Below, in pieces: positions 13,361-30,309 of a stretch of 64,000 nt of DNA. The DNA is from the human T2T-CHM13v2.0 reference genome, Homo sapiens. The notes beneath the pieces were generated by a model, which saw nothing but the letters and a program-made list of their open reading frames with translations, did no database searches and had not been told where the DNA came from. The DNA is taken from NCBI RefSeq assembly GCF_009914755.1, contig NC_060928.1; one strand, written 5' to 3'. Made by a program: the position numbers and the translations under genes. Positions within the stretch are counted from its first letter, which is position 1. The number at the start of each line of letters is the position of its first letter.

Positions 13361-15559
13361 GTATGAAATAGTTTAGTTATGGGAATTTTAAAAAATGTAT
13401 TCAGATCTGTGCTTTTCTTACCACATTTTCTTTTGTTATTAACATTTTACTTTTATGAAATGAAGAATTATAGTGGAAGAAAATGTTCTTGCTTTGTTCC
13501 AAATTCCTCCTCGTCTTTGTTTTTCATTGTTGGGGGTCAGTAAGCCTATACATAGGTACACTCACAATTTTATGCTCAACTTTCTCCCTGTAAGTTATAC
13601 TTATGTGTATTAGTTCCTGCCATTTATAATAGCTTTTTGGCACTTTATTATTTTGACAAAAGGAAACCACTTTACATTTTTTAAAATAATTTTTACATTT
13701 GTTTCATCTAGTGTTACATTGAAGAAAAAGATGTTTATTTAATATCCTTCATTTGGAAATATAAGAAAATAAAGCGATTTATCTACAAGCTTACATTTTG
13801 CTTTGGCAACTGTGAAAATATATAGAATGATTTTAGTACTTCTGGAAAAGAAGTAATTTATGTCTGTCACACTTGAATCCCTTACTCTCATTCTTTTTTA
13901 AAATATATTGTACAAAGAAATGAAGTTTTTATCTGTTACATCAATGAGTTTATAATCTTAGGGTATTGGTATGCCAAATAGAAAATACAAATAGAAATGT
14001 AGTTATACCAAAAAGCAAAAATACAAAGCTCTTCTTACTTTAGAAACTATTAAGTATTTCTGGTGCTACTGTTTTACTAGATACTTCAAGGCATACAAAA
14101 ACAATGTGAACATGCTTCCTGCCCCAAAAGCATCCTGTGTAGCTAGGCAGATGGATGTGCACCCTTTAATAGGTAATAGTGTATGGAAGATCTGAGTGCT
14201 CACAGCAGTGGTCAGACGTTGAGGGCTGTGATGGGCAGCACTGAGAGAAGGATTTCCCCAGACCTGATGGATTGAGGGGTTTACACAGATGAAGATGAGT
14301 GTAGAAGTCAGATGGAGAAGACGGACTGAGTGAAAACTTTTCTGGGTGTCTTGGGAGTAGTGAGGAGAACAGAGCCCCGCTCAGTTTTCAGCCTTTTATG
14401 ATCTTGCTGTTCCAGAACAGAGTTAAATAATCAGGAATGAAGAAGGATAGCAGGTGGGTTCTGAGCCAAGTTTGGGAGGGTTGCCTTTCAGCTGAGAGCT
14501 GAGGTTGATCTGAAAAGTCAATACCTGTGAAGTGAGACTAGTCAGATTTTTATGTCTTGGGGTTCACTCTAGTCTCTTGATTTACATCTTATTTATTACT
14601 GCTGGACACTTTTCTAGAGAGAGAGAGTCTCTAAGGCTTGTAAGAGAAGGATTCGATCTGGAATGTGCTGGGCTACTTTAGGAATTCCCTTGTAAAGTGC
14701 TGTCCCCTTGGTGGCCTTCCTTCAGATGACACTGCTGTTGCCACTTACTTGTTGGAACTACTGGGTCTTTGGAAAACTTAATCTGTGCTTCAGTTTCCCC
14801 ATCTGGAAAATGGGAATAATAATATTACCCACATCCTAGAGTTTTTGTAAAGATTAAATGAGAACATATGTGTGAATTTCTTAGCACTTGACACATAGAA
14901 AATGATCAGTTAATTTTGACAGTAATTATTATGGTCATCATCACCATTCTTTTTTACTCCAACTTCCTAAATTTCTTTATATTCTGTACAAGATTGGAAA
15001 GCTTTAAGCTAGGCTCTTTTTTTTTTTTGATAAATGTTTTATTGTCCACAGAGTGACAAAAATAGAGTGATTAACTTATACCTGTAAGATCAAGGTTAGT
15101 TTCCTTTCCCCTCAAAAGGCTTTGGAGACTTAGTGTCTCCAAACTCCCTGAGCCTTAGACATCCAGTGAAATGGATGCTAGGTAGAGATAGGAGAGCTTA
15201 TTATGTCTTTAGCTCTCTTTTCTGTTTGCTTTATAATCTAAACTGCATTTTGGTTTCCCTCTTCTGTTTTTGTCTAATGGTTCTCTATGCTTCATGATTT
15301 AGCTGACATGGTTTATGAATATGTGAGCTTTGCCTAATGAAGGGAATGAGGCATTGAAGACATTCTGATTTTCTAAGTATTTATAGTGTATTACAACTAA
15401 CTAGTAGGTAGGTGCTTTTGCAGTTCAACTGGTTTCTGTCTGAGAATATACCTTTTATGCTTAGTCAAATTTTAGATTGCTATGTGCTAAAGTACTTGAA
15501 AATAGGAATACTATGTTAATTTCTGGCACATATACAAAATGTGAATTGAGTACCTAACG

Positions 15560-16490
15560 TTTTTTTTTTTTTTACTAGTTTATTGAGGCATATTTTATAT
15601 ATCATAAAATTTACCCATTTCAGGGCTGGATGCAATGGCTCACACCTGTAATCCCAGCACTTTAGGAGGCTGAGGCAGGTGGATTGCTTGAGGAGTTCAA
15701 GACCAGCCTGGGCAACATGGTGAAAACCCATCTCTATCAAAATATAAAAAATTAGCTTAGTGTGGTGGCCCTAGCCTAGAGTCCCAGCTACTCAGGAGGC
15801 TGAGGTGGAAGGATCACTTGAGCCTGGGAGGCAGAGGTTGCAGTGAACCAAGATGGTGCCATTGCATGCTAGCCTGGGTGACAGAGTGAGAAAAAAAAAA
15901 TTACCTATATTAAGTGCACAACTCACTGATTTTTAGCAAATTTACTGAGTTGTACTGCCATCACCATAAATCAATTTTAGAACATTTTTGTTCTCACATA
16001 ATGTTTTTGAGGTTCATCCGTGTTGTAAATGTTTCAAAGGAAGGTTTGCTGTTCTTATTGCTAAATAGCATTCTGTGTGGATAGACCGCTTTTGACTTTC
16101 CATTTACCAGTTGATGGATGTTTTTGTGTTGTTTCAATTTTTGGCTATTATGAATAATACTGCTATGAATATTCATGCACAGTTCTTTGTGTGGACATAT
16201 ATTTTTATTTCTCTTGGGAGTAGATATCTAGGAGTGTAATTGCTGGGTCACATGGTAAATTTATACTTAAAAAATTCTGCTAAGCTGTTTTTCCAAAGTT
16301 ACTGTACCATTTTACATTCCTACTAGCAATGTTTGAAACTTCCTATTTCTCCACAACCTTGCCAACACTTGCTACCGCTTTTTAAAAAATTATAGCCCTT
16401 CTAGTGGGTGTTGAAGTAGCATAGTATTGTAGTTTTAATTTGCATTTTTCTAATGACCAATGATGTCAAGCATCTTTCTATGTGCTTATT
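15560..16490 (-). mobile_element. Old L1M 3' fragment containing an AluJ (about 15624-15900, +)
   Basis: CTAGGAGTGTAATTGCTGGGTCACATGGTAA and TTTTAATTTGCATTTTTCTAATGAC L1 motifs around a diverged Alu. Confidence 0.8.
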
Positions 16491-16636
16491 ATTTAGGCTA
16501 AACTTTTATGGTTTTTCAGCAGTAGATGTTATTTGACTTTCTAGCAATCTTTGTACTGTTTTTTTTTTTCTTCTACTTTTGAATCTACTGTTTAGCCAAC
16601 AATTTGGCAGAAATTAGATAAAAAAGATAAAGGCCA

Positions 16637-17225
<589 letters not shown>

Positions 17226-19059
17226 AGACACGGGGATTGGGTCTAGGTAATTTAGTGTATGTAGACTCATTTAAGTATTTGCCAGAGTATGAGTACTTTG
17301 TTTCTTTGTTTTTCATGGTCTGAAGCCCTGCTAAGCTTTTTTTTTTTTTTTTTTTTTTTGGCAAAAATTATGGTGAGGTTAACAAGTAGACCATTGGATG
17401 CTTTCATTCCACCAAACATCATGTACATTTACATTCTCTTGCTCAGGGACAGGGAGTTTCCCTACTCTTCTTTTGTTTTCCTGTGACTAACCTATTAGGA
17501 AATGGGGAATATGCAGATGTTCTTTGTTGGGTCTTACTTTTAATCTCATAAACTGTAGGTGAAGTTTTCATTTAAATTATATCACCTAAGAAATAATTCT
17601 GTTACTCGTCATAGTTCCAAGTATTTGAGTAGAGAAGGGAAGTGAAAAGTAATTCTGTGATGTAGTCACAGGGTTTTACTTTGTGAAGTATGGGCCTATT
17701 TAGAGTAAGGCCAAGTTATTTAACTATTACTTAAGAAAGAACATACCAAATTGGGTTCTTGTGTTTTTAGATTACTTCTTGGTTACAAATATGGCATTTA
17801 GAAAGCTGTTTGCTTAACACATACTTTGAGATTTATTTGTGCCACAGGCTAACATTTCTGAAATCTGGTGGGAAGTACTGAATACTGAATTTTTATTTTT
17901 AGCCTTTTTTTTGGTGTGCTTTTTGATTTCTTTTGTCATATCGAACATGATTCAGTAAAATAAATTAGAATAGGAAAAGACAGATTATTGTTTGAGTGAC
18001 TAAGAAGTAAGATTTTAAAAAGCTATATACATGGTTATGTTTGTCTAAGATTCATGCTTTCATTCATCAAGGAATATTTATTGAGAATCTTCTCTGCTAG
18101 GCATTGTCCTAGGCTTTGGGGACTAGAGTGATGAATAAAACAGATAAGTTCCTGTTCTCATTATTCTAGTTAGGAAGAAGAAGAAAGGTTAGACAGTAAG
18201 TAAACACACAAAAGATAATTTCTGGTATTGATGATGGCTCTGAAAAAAATTAAATAGAATGTTGCACAAAGAACTTAAGTTGGAATGCTTTAGGCTGCCT
18301 GTAACAGCAAACTCCACTCAAACTGGTTTAAATACTAAGAAAGCAGGCTGGGCACCAGACATGATTGGATCTACAGCTTGAAAATTTCATCAAGAATCTT
18401 CTTCTGTCTGTCTACCCTTCTATCCTCAATAAAAATATCCTAAGGTTTGTTCCTCTCCTAAATGAAAGATGCCTGCAAGAGTGGACCCAACATGTCAAGG
18501 AAGGAGGACTCTGTCTTTTAGGAGCTAAGAAACCTTTCTCAGAAGTTACCCAAACCAGACCAAAACTGGCAGGGCAATGCAGTTACCATGTTGGCCTTAG
18601 ATTTGCTGTAGAACTGGAGAGTTACATACTCTGACCATCATAGAGAGTGGCTGGTGGGCCACCCAGGTCACCTGGCCAAACTGAAAATGCCTGTGTGTCA
18701 GTAACTGCTTTGTAACCTAAGAACAAAAAGGTAGTAGTGATTAGAGTAGATGACAAGTGGAACTTGCAAAGTAATGGAATAAGATTTATTAAACATAGCT
18801 ATAAATTTGTTATTTATTTCTTAGAGTTTCAGCATAGTCAGAGTTTCTGTGTTACACTTTTATTCTTTTTTTCAGATGTTTTGTGTGCTAAATAACTGAA
18901 ATTAGAATCATAGAATTTTTAAAATGAAATGAATTTTAGCGTTTATCTTTTTAAACCTATTCACTTTTCATTTATTCATTGGATAAATTCATTTTGCAAT
19001 GGATAAGTGAAGTTACCAGTTTATGTTGGGCTTCAGGAGTCCTGATTAAAGATCCTTGA

Positions 19060-19917
<858 letters not shown>

Positions 19918-19959
19918 AAAATGCTACATTTTAAATTGGCACTTGCTTTACTTTTTATT

Positions 19960-20660
19960 CATCTAGTCATTTACTTATCTAACCAGTGTTTATTGGGTAT
20001 CTACTAGATGTCAGACATGTTATACGGAGATAAGAAAGGCTTCATCCCTGTTCTCAGTGAGCTTAAGAATTCAGAGGAGGAGAACTAGGTAAAGAGTTGA
20101 TTATGACAGAGTGGATCTGCATGAGGTACCCAACTGTACCTAATCCAGCCTTGGGCCACCAACAGATAAGGCTACCTAGAGAGGTTCCAGTGGAGATTAG
20201 CCTGGGAAATGAGTGGGTGGGGAGACAGAGAGGACAATGTTCAACAAGAGCATCGGGGTAAGACATTGCTTGGTGTCTGTAGAAAACAACAAACAGCTTC
20301 TCAATAATGTATTTCAAGTTTAGAAATAGCGGGAGGAGAGAGAGAAGGCTAGACAATGAATCAGGGGCTGGACATGTGTGCTTGGACTGGGAGAAACCAA
20401 AGGATTTTTGAACTCCGTGCTCAAATTTGTGGAGTCAGTACTGGAGGCAGGAAAATAATTAGGAGGTGGCTACATTGGTGTGAGCAAGAGATTATAGGAT
20501 CCCCAATGGTGAGAAGGTGAGAAGATTTATTTGAGATCTATCCAAGGTTAATTCTGCAAGTTTTAGTGAACTGTGGGACTGGTGGGTAAGGAAGAGGAGA
20601 GAATCAAGGATGACTCTCACTCAGGTTTTTAGTATAGGTGTTTGTATGGATAGCATAATG
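19960..20660 (-). mobile_element. L2 fragment
   Basis: Degenerate L2 antisense motifs such as GAATCAAGGATGACTC. Confidence 0.6.
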
Positions 20661-20804
20661 TAGCTTCAGAGTTCTGATATAAGCTCAGAGTTATGTGATC
20701 AAAACATAAACAAGAAACTATAATCTCTATAGAGACTATGGGAGGTTACAAATGGTAAGGATAAACTATGTACAGTATCATTGGATAGCCTAGTTTATTT
20801 TCTG

Positions 20805-20932
20805 TTTGTTTTAAATAGGACAGAGTCTTGCTGTGTTGCCCAGGCTAGTCTTGAACTCCTGGGCTCAAGTGATTCTCCTGCTTCAGTCTCCCTAGTAGCT
20901 GGGATTATAAGAGTGAGCCACAGCACCTGACT
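20805..20932 (-). mobile_element. Alu monomer (FLAM-like)
   Basis: Single-arm Alu sequence. Confidence 0.8.
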
Positions 20933-23202
20933 CTCATTGATAGTTTTTAAAATGCGTTAGCAATCAGAAATCTCACAAAGCCATACTGTTTAAAGATTTC
21001 CTCTGAAAACACAGCAAAGGGCAAAAACTAAGGTAATAATGTAACAACTGGAATTAGATATAAATAACTTTTACAATACTCTTTAGTATGGGCTTTGATT
21101 CATAGTAATTAGAATTTTTAAACCATTAATACAGTCATGGGCACATTTTTTGTTTTTCTTACTTTTTTGTAAATTAATATAAAAATATTAAAATGTTTTC
21201 AAAACAATATATAATTGAAATTGAATTTATTGGAAGCAGATACAGTTTTCTGGGGAGAAAAATAATCTTAAAAATGACAAATATTTGAACTAGCAAAATG
21301 CATCTTATAGCAATACCTTAAAAACTATAATATTAAAAACTGTTTGGCAGAGAACTAATTATTTTTCAGTCATACATGTAAATTAAAGTCCCACTTGGTT
21401 TTGCCTAAGGTTAGTCACGCTTAACTGAGTACTGGCTGTTTGGCTTTGTGCTCATGTGGCCCCAGGCCCTGAAGGGCTTTGCATATTATTGGGGCTCTGT
21501 AGGTGAATCAGTTATGGCCTTTGTCTCAAGTCCAAGTGGGAATCACCAGAATGTCTTAACTTTTGGCACAAAAGAGGCTTCAGTTTATACAGACTATCAG
21601 TTTATACCCCAACTATTCACAGGATCCAGCAAGAATAGGATAGAGGAAGGTGCCTTATATGTGGCTGAAGACTTATTTTTCTGTATTCCTTGACCTTCCT
21701 TTTTCCCCCTTTCTGTAAGCACGGGAAAAACATTTGCTGTAGCACCAGACATACAACTCAGTCCCCTTTCATCCTGCTATGTAGGTATAGGTACATCTTT
21801 CTCATTAACTCTCCTACTTCCCTTGTCATACAAAGAGATGTTTTTCTTCCTGGGAAGTAGCAGGGTAGTTTTTTGGGATATTTTAGCTCTGAGGTGAACA
21901 GCTTCTTTCTGAGATCTTGTCAGAGATAATCTCCAGGGAAGAACGCGGTTAAATGTACACCACTATTGTTATTTCTCTTCTCCCAGGGTTTTGTTTACAA
22001 AGGAATTTTGTGTAATTATGATTTCCCATAGACTTTTCTGATAGTTTATGGTTGCTGACAGTGCATTGTATCAGAAAAAGAAGTGAGCTTTCAAGAAATC
22101 TTGAGGCTATGTTATGGTTTAATAAGAGATGCTGGGTTAAAGTGAAGGTGATGAATAGTGGCACGTTCTCATGCTTCTTTTACCTTTGAAACTTAGTGAA
22201 TTCTAGAGCCAAATCTTTTTTTGCCCATGGCCCTCAGCATTATTCTTGGACTGTCCTTTTACTTTTTAATTGAATCCCTCCCCACCCCCATTCAATTGCT
22301 TGTGTCTCCATGTATCATAGTTCACTTATGTTGTCACACCTCGGTGCTTAAACTTGCCTCCTACTCTCCCCAAGTCTCCTTGGCTTAGGGACCATCCCTT
22401 CTCTTTCCTCCTTCCCTATTTCTTTTCCACAAGTGGGTATTAGGAAGAAAGTCTTGTACTGTTTTTTTAGCAGGCAGTTTTGTGGAAGGATACCTGGTTT
22501 TAGTAATAAAGCTGGTATGGAAATGACTTCAGCGTGAAGTTGCTGCAGTTGACAAACAGGAACTGAATCTGAGGTAGAAGATCTCTGTAATAAGCTTTGT
22601 TATTGACTAACTCTTTGTTATTATTGTGATCCCTGTTATGCCTTGCATTCTCTAAGCATCATAGGTAATTTGTTTTCTCGTTGTCTCTGGCATGAGGATT
22701 GTGACCTCTCACTGAGGGTGGAGCCTCTGTGTCTGGTGCAGGCTATGCATGCCCGGGCAGGCATTTGTGTGTTTGTTGAAGGAGTAATGCTAACCAGGTG
22801 GGTCCTTTTCAGCAGCCGTTCATTGCTATTAGCCAAAGGCAGTAACATCGTTACTCTTCTAGTCGTGACTAGAAATCCATAAAGACAACAAATGCCCAAA
22901 AGCAGGGACAGCCTCAGCTACTGATCCTATAGCCACAAGAATAGTTCACGCAGCTGGACATATGGCACGTTCATTGTTGTGATACGATTTTCAGGTGCAA
23001 GTGGGTAACAAAAGTACATTTTATGATTTGCTCAGGTAAGCTTTTGGAAGAGGAAGGGGAGTGTTTTCGGCCTGCAAAAAGTGGTGATTATGCTGCCTGT
23101 TGAATACAGTGAGTGGCAAGAAGATGTATCAATGTGCATTGGCACTGGAACTTCCACAGCAGTGTCTTGCTGTAACATCACTCTTATTCCTTTGTGTTTT
23201 AG

Positions 23203-23324
23203 GTGGGATGAGTGAGAGCCGAGCAAAGAGAGTTAGAATAAAAGAGGTAGATGGCTGGACCCTGAGGATGCTAATTGATTATGTTTACACTGCAGAAATT
23301 CAGGTTACAGAAGAAAATGTACAG
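23203..23324 (+). CDS. KLHL2: KLHL2-like exon 4 (122 bp), BTB domain
   Basis: Acceptor tgttttag|GT; encodes (G)GMSESRAKRVRIKEVDGWTLRMLIDYVYTAEIQVTEENVQ; donor CAG|GTAAGA. Confidence 0.95.
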
Positions 23325-23690
23325 GTAAGAGTAAACACTTCACACCATCTAGCTTTTTATGCATACAGTTTTTTTTAATAAAAAAAGCACACCCACACAG
23401 TATACATTTTTCACCAAAATAATAGGATTCATTGTGCAAATTGTATTTCTAAAAAATATTTGGAATGATTACACCTTTTTAGTAATGTTTCTGAGTTCAG
23501 TATCTTTTATATTCTTTAAGATCTGAGATACAGATCCTTTAGTTCTCTGAATGATGCTTGTTCTTTCATGAAAACACTGTCATATTCATTTATAACTGTT
23601 GATTGATGCTGCCCACAATTTCTCTTTATTCCTTGGAAGGATATAGTCTACAAAGAATGTTTTTGACTGCCAATATTCTTTATTTCTGTC

Positions 23691-23990
23691 TTTTTTTTTT
23701 TTTTTTTTGATACCCAATCTTGCTCTGTCTCTCAGGTTGGAGTGCGGTGGTGTGATCATGGATCACGCAGCCTCGACCTCCTAGGCTCAGGGAGTCCTCC
23801 CGCTGCAGCCTCCCAAGTAGCTGGGACTACAGGCATGTGCCACTATGCCCAGCGAATTTTCTTATTTTTTTTGTAGAGAGGTCTCACTATGTTCCCCAGG
23901 CTGATCTCAAACTCTTGGGCTCAAGTGATCCGCCCTCTTCAGCCTCCCAAAGTGCTGGGATTATAGGTGTGAACCACCATATGCCCAGCC
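23691..23990 (-). mobile_element. AluJ
   Basis: Full-length diverged dimer with poly-T. Confidence 0.9.
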
Positions 23991-24405
23991 TATTCTTTGT
24001 TTTACTATTTGAGCATCCTCTTTAAGTGATTCTGGAGTTTAGGTAAAAGTTGATATTGCATCTTATATTCTATAAAGAACAAATGTTTTATGTGTGTTAC
24101 ATAAATGTTTAAATAATACAGATGGATGTGGAGTAAAAGGTGAAAATCCCTCTTCAGAAAACGGACCTTCTCTTCGATACCCCAGTTCACATACATTGAT
24201 TCACTTCTTCCTCTCTAGAGGGCAGCTTCTGTTATGTACTGTGAATCCCTTCAGACCGTTTTCCATGCATTTATTCACACAAACGTACACACAATTTTTT
24301 TACATAAGAAATACTATACTTGTTCTGAAACTTGCTTTTTGAACTGAGCAGTGTCTTGGGGTCTTCACACATTAGTGTATATGGGTCTAACTCATGTTAA
24401 TCACC

Positions 24406-24407
<2 letters not shown>

Positions 24408-24436
<29 letters not shown>
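24408..24436. repeat. (AT)n microsatellite
   Basis: About 14 uninterrupted AT units. Confidence 0.95.
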
Positions 24437-24441
<5 letters not shown>

Positions 24442-26911
24442 ATTTTTCACCTGTATAAAAACAGTGCAATGAGTGGACATTTTTATATTTGCATCCCCAA
24501 ATTTTATAAGCTGGATTCCTCAAAATGGAATTGGTGAATCAAAGAGTACCTGCATATATTAATTTTTTGATAGCAATGCCAAATTGCCATCTGAAAATGT
24601 GTGTTTATTTATATTCCTTCTAACAGGGACACTGTGTTTTGAGGACAACAAAAATAACTAGGACTAAATTCTTAAGAAATAATCTTTAAATTCTACTTGC
24701 ACAAATAGGAAGTTGTTGGTTCAATCCTTATCCCTGCTAACTAGTTGAAATATGCTACAAAATGAATTCGGAGACTGAAATCTTTGCACTTGTTAATACA
24801 TGCTATCGATTGTTCCATGTGAAATACTGGCAGTAGTAAGGCCTCCTGGTGATCTTTCCCAGATGGCCTCATTAGCGTTTGCTTAGAAGTTCCAGTTATG
24901 AGGTAAGGCATTTGAAAAACCTTGGTCAATATTGGGGTTGTTTCTAAATGTATGCATCAGATGCTAGATGAACTTTTTTTTTTTTTTTTAACATGGAAGA
25001 AAGTGTTTGGTATATGTCATGAGATCACTGAACTAATACGTCATCTCATTCTGGTCTTTTAGGTACATTTAGAGTATTTGCTAGATTCTGGGGCATTGTT
25101 TTCAACAAGAGTTTATCTTGGTTTCTTTTTGTTCATTCTTTTTATTCATTTTAGTGCATGGGCCTCATTATGTCCTTATATTTGACCTTCAACAAATGAA
25201 TTACTGATTTCTTTGATTCACATAATGGGCCACATGGGAGAAAATTGAGAAAAATCCTTTAGGCCTTAGAGACTAAACTGTGTGAATTCAGCCCTGAATG
25301 TTGTTTGTAGTAGTTCTTGTGGTGGGGACATGGGCCTATTAGGAATTAGGAGAACGCCTCTCATGTTTCTTTTAATAACTATCATGTTCCAGTCCTGAAA
25401 TATTAGTCATCACAGCCTTTCAGAAAACTCTTGCCATCCTAATTTGCCTCTTGTGTATGTATTGCTTAGCTTTTAGAATATGCAGGAATACATTCTAAGA
25501 GTTACATTTGGCAGGCTTATTAAATGCTTAATATTTGTATAGTTTTGTTTTGTTTTTAAGAGGGAGAGGGATATCTCTTCAGCATAGGGCTATCATGGTT
25601 TGTAAAGCTTTCTTTTATTTTCAATTGAAAAATACTTGTTTTGGAAAAGGCAGTTGAGAAATAAATTAGATTAAAAGTAGCTACTTTTTCCATGACATGT
25701 GTTTTTCAATGAAAAAAATAAGACTATACCATATAAAGATACACCAGACTCCTATTTCCTGCTTTGTATGTTTTTTGTCAATCTATATTTTGTTAAATCT
25801 TTCTTGTAAAGTGTTGTCCACCTTAAAGAAGAAGGTGTCTGTTGTTATTAATGTTAAGCTGAAGTTTTAAGTGGCCCTAACTGGAAGCCGTGCTCTGAAT
25901 TTATATGCCCTGAAGGTGCTGACAGTGGGAACAGAAGTTTCTGTAATTCAAATGTTTCTTGGTGGTGGTATATTTTTCTCACTGGACCTAGACTCAAATC
26001 TTTTACCAGGTGACCTCCCTTTTGTAAGTTTCTGTTTTAGTAGTAAAGTACAATATTGAGCTAGAAAGTATCTTTGGGATTGCATGTTTTGGTGTAGAAT
26101 CATTGTACTGTAGAATGCTGAGGTCCAGCCATCTGTTGGCAGTCAGTTGGCGACAGAACAGGGCTGTAACCCTGGTTTCCCAGATTACTAGTGTAGGGTC
26201 TCTTCCATGATACCATATGGTCTCCTTATTACACTAATTTTAAACAATATAATACCTATTTGAAGTGAAGGTTGTTAACTTGGAGTCAGAATGAGAGAAT
26301 GAGTAATTTAAAAAATTAACTCCAAAGAAGGGACTATTGTTATTATAGTCCCTTCTGATTTATACAAGCAATAGGGCTTGAATTCTTGGCCATTCCAGGT
26401 TTCCTAGCTTTTTGTGTGTTTGTTGCTGCTGTTGTTTTTTTGTTTGTTTAGGTTTTTAAACTTTGGCTTTAAGTTTGGATATTTGGTTTTATTTATGGCA
26501 AAATTGGAGGATAATTTGAGCTAAATGAATTTACAGTTTTTTTTTAAAGGGAGATAAAAGGAGAACCAATATTTTACCTATGACTACACTTGTAATTCAA
26601 CTTTTTTGTTGTTGTTGCTGTTGAGTGAATTAAAATTTAACTTGTGTCTAGAGTTTCAAAGCAAACTTTATGAACTGCATAAATCTGGGAAATAGAGAAA
26701 ATACAGCCAAAGGCTATTGAAAAGTATGCTCTTTGACATTTGGTGGTTATGGACACCTTTGAGAATATGATGAAAAACTGTCAACCCTTTTCTAAGGAAA
26801 GGGCACATTAGCTTATCTACACAAAGTTTTGTATACATTTTCAATACACTTTCAGAGAATCCGTGTACCTTGCTGCTTGCCCCACCTTCCACTGTTAAGA
26901 ATACTTGGCTT

Positions 26912-27336
<425 letters not shown>

Positions 27337-29320
27337 TAAGCATTTTATATGTAGCTCATTTGATGTTTTTGCCTCCATATAAGATAGGTGTTACCCCAAT
27401 GTGATTGAAGAAATAGGCTTAAGAAGGTTAAATAATTTGCTCAAAGTCACACAGCAACTATTAAATCGTCATTAACTAGTATTGCTTACAAAGAGTTTAT
27501 AAATTCAAAAATGTAAATGTCTTTATAACTGAAAATTTTTTTTCACGATCCAAAAATTATTCAAGGTACATGCTATGTCATTAGATGTGTTAATTAACAC
27601 TTTTGGAGAATCCTAAAGGATCTTGAACTTCTTAAAGCATTTACTTCATTGCTAAATTTGTAGTTTTGTTACATGAGTTTGACTTCTCCGCCTTTGGGTA
27701 TTTGTTTTGGCTTCCTAAAAGTAGGTAAGAGTTTCTCACTTGATGTAAGTGTTAAAAACAAAGGTAATGCTGTTAATAAACAGTGCCCATGAAAGTAAAT
27801 GCTCTCATTCCTAAATTAATATTATGAATACTCATCTACAGATTCTTTCCATATTAGAACTGTTATCATCTAGAAGAATTTGAGAAACATCTGACAGTTT
27901 TGAATGGATAGGTTTTAAAAAGTTCATGAAATATATGTTGGATGAATTGGAATTATTTGAGACAGACACTTTCTATCTCTTTAGAAATGAAACAAAATTT
28001 AAATGAGAGTTTTTCAAGGGACATCTAAAATCAATTATTGGTAATAAACAGACTAAATGTTTAACACAGTCTCAGTATAGTAGAAAATTCAACATAGTGT
28101 GTCCATTTTATTGGTGGTATAGGGCAGGTTGTTGTTGTTTTGCTTCAAACCAGAACTGCTAGGAGTATGCTGTATAGATAGTGTTTTACTCTGCATGTTC
28201 CCAAAAGGAGGACATCACATGGAGGGGCTTACATGGTACCAGGCCTGTTGACATAGTTGAAAAAGCTTTAAGTTGGCTTAATCAATAAAAAGCCAGCCAA
28301 AGTAGGGAAATCACCAAAACAGAATACATGTGTACCCTAAATATTTTAACCTCAAACATGTAGGTTTACAATTGTATTCCAATCTTTGTTTGTAAAACTA
28401 AGTATGGTAAGCTGTTTCAAGAGCCACATGTCCTTTTTTGCACAAACCATACCATAATCATGCACCAACTATAATTTCCAGGCTTTTTTTTTAAGTGCAG
28501 CAAGAACTGAACTTGAAATCTCAAGGCAAAATCTTCTTTGAATTATACAGTTTATCTTTCATTCCTCCCATGTCTAATTGGATTGAAAACATTTATTTTT
28601 TTTTTTCCAGTAACACGTTGATCAAGCCACTCCAAAGCAGCCAACTTAGTTTTCATAGAAAGAGCTCTTTTTACATTCACATTTCATTGAATTCATTTAC
28701 TTAAATTGTGTAATTTCAATAAGTGCAAGTGTCATAAACAGATGTGGGAGCAAATCCAACATGTATGAATTGGTAAAATGCATCCCAGCTGGAGGAGCAG
28801 ACGTGTGCAAGCACAGTAGAGTGTAGTTACTGAGGGCATGGAGAGAGTTGGTTCATCAGGTGAGTAGGTAAAGTGGATTTTGGTGAAGAGTGCTTTTGCT
28901 TTGTGTATTTCTATATTGTGTGGGTAAACATTGAAATGAAATTCCCAGTAGGTGGAGATTTGTTTTAAAAATCTGTCTTAAAAATATTTAAGACACCCCA
29001 TCAGTTAAACAGTCATTGATGGAATTTCTGATAAGTACTCGGTCCTGGTGCTACAAAAAAAAAAAAAAAAAATGAACAGGGAACAAAGTAATGAATAGAG
29101 TATATACTTAGAGTGGGTTTGGATCTTGGCTTTGCTGTTTAAATGCCATGTGACCTTGCCTAAGTTGCTTAACCTCTGATTGGCATTGGAGCTTGAGCCA
29201 GAGATGAATAGGGCTAGGCGTAGGAGCACTGACCTGATGGAGCAAGCATTCAACAAGTATTTTTTTTCTGTTTGTGTTTGTGTTTGTGTTTTTTTTTGAC
29301 ATTTTCAAAAAATAATTTTA

Positions 29321-29640
<320 letters not shown>

Positions 29641-30309
29641 CTGAGGGTAGCATGCAGTCCGAACTGAAATGTTTAGAGGTGAGTTACAGATTCAGGTCTG
29701 AATGAGATGCTGCAGAGAGCCTGGCAGCAGGACTTTCGTGGTGTTGGTAGTGGTGGTAGCATATACTCTTAGGCTGATGGCAGTGCCTTTATCCAGGAAG
29801 AGCTGCCCTGGGTGAACACTCAAGCCTATAGCTCTTATGTTTCTGGCTTGTCTAGAAAGAGACTTGGTAAGGGCTGGGCAATTGTAATGACCACAACCAA
29901 GTAATTTTGAGATTGTGGAGGGTCTGCATTCCCGTAGGAAACTGGGCAACAAACCCAGGATCTGGGGCTTGTTATGTGGGGCATTAGGAGTCACGCTGTG
30001 GCTTGGCAAGCATGAGGGTACTTGGGGGAGCACATCACGTTTAGGGCAGCAAGATTAACGCCAGACTGTAAACACTGATATGGTGCCCAATAAGCTTTGT
30101 GGTATTGGTCAGGATTAGTTTAGGACCGAATTGAACTGCACTTGAAGATCTAAGATTTGTAAGACCTGTAGCTGGATCAGGCCAGATCAGGTATGGATGA
30201 AGAACCACTTTACTGCTTTTTATACATGGCTTACCCTTTCCCTTCCCTATATCTAAGCTGTTGAGCTTACCTCTTTTTTTCACTGCCAGTATTGATCCTG
30301 ATGAATTTC

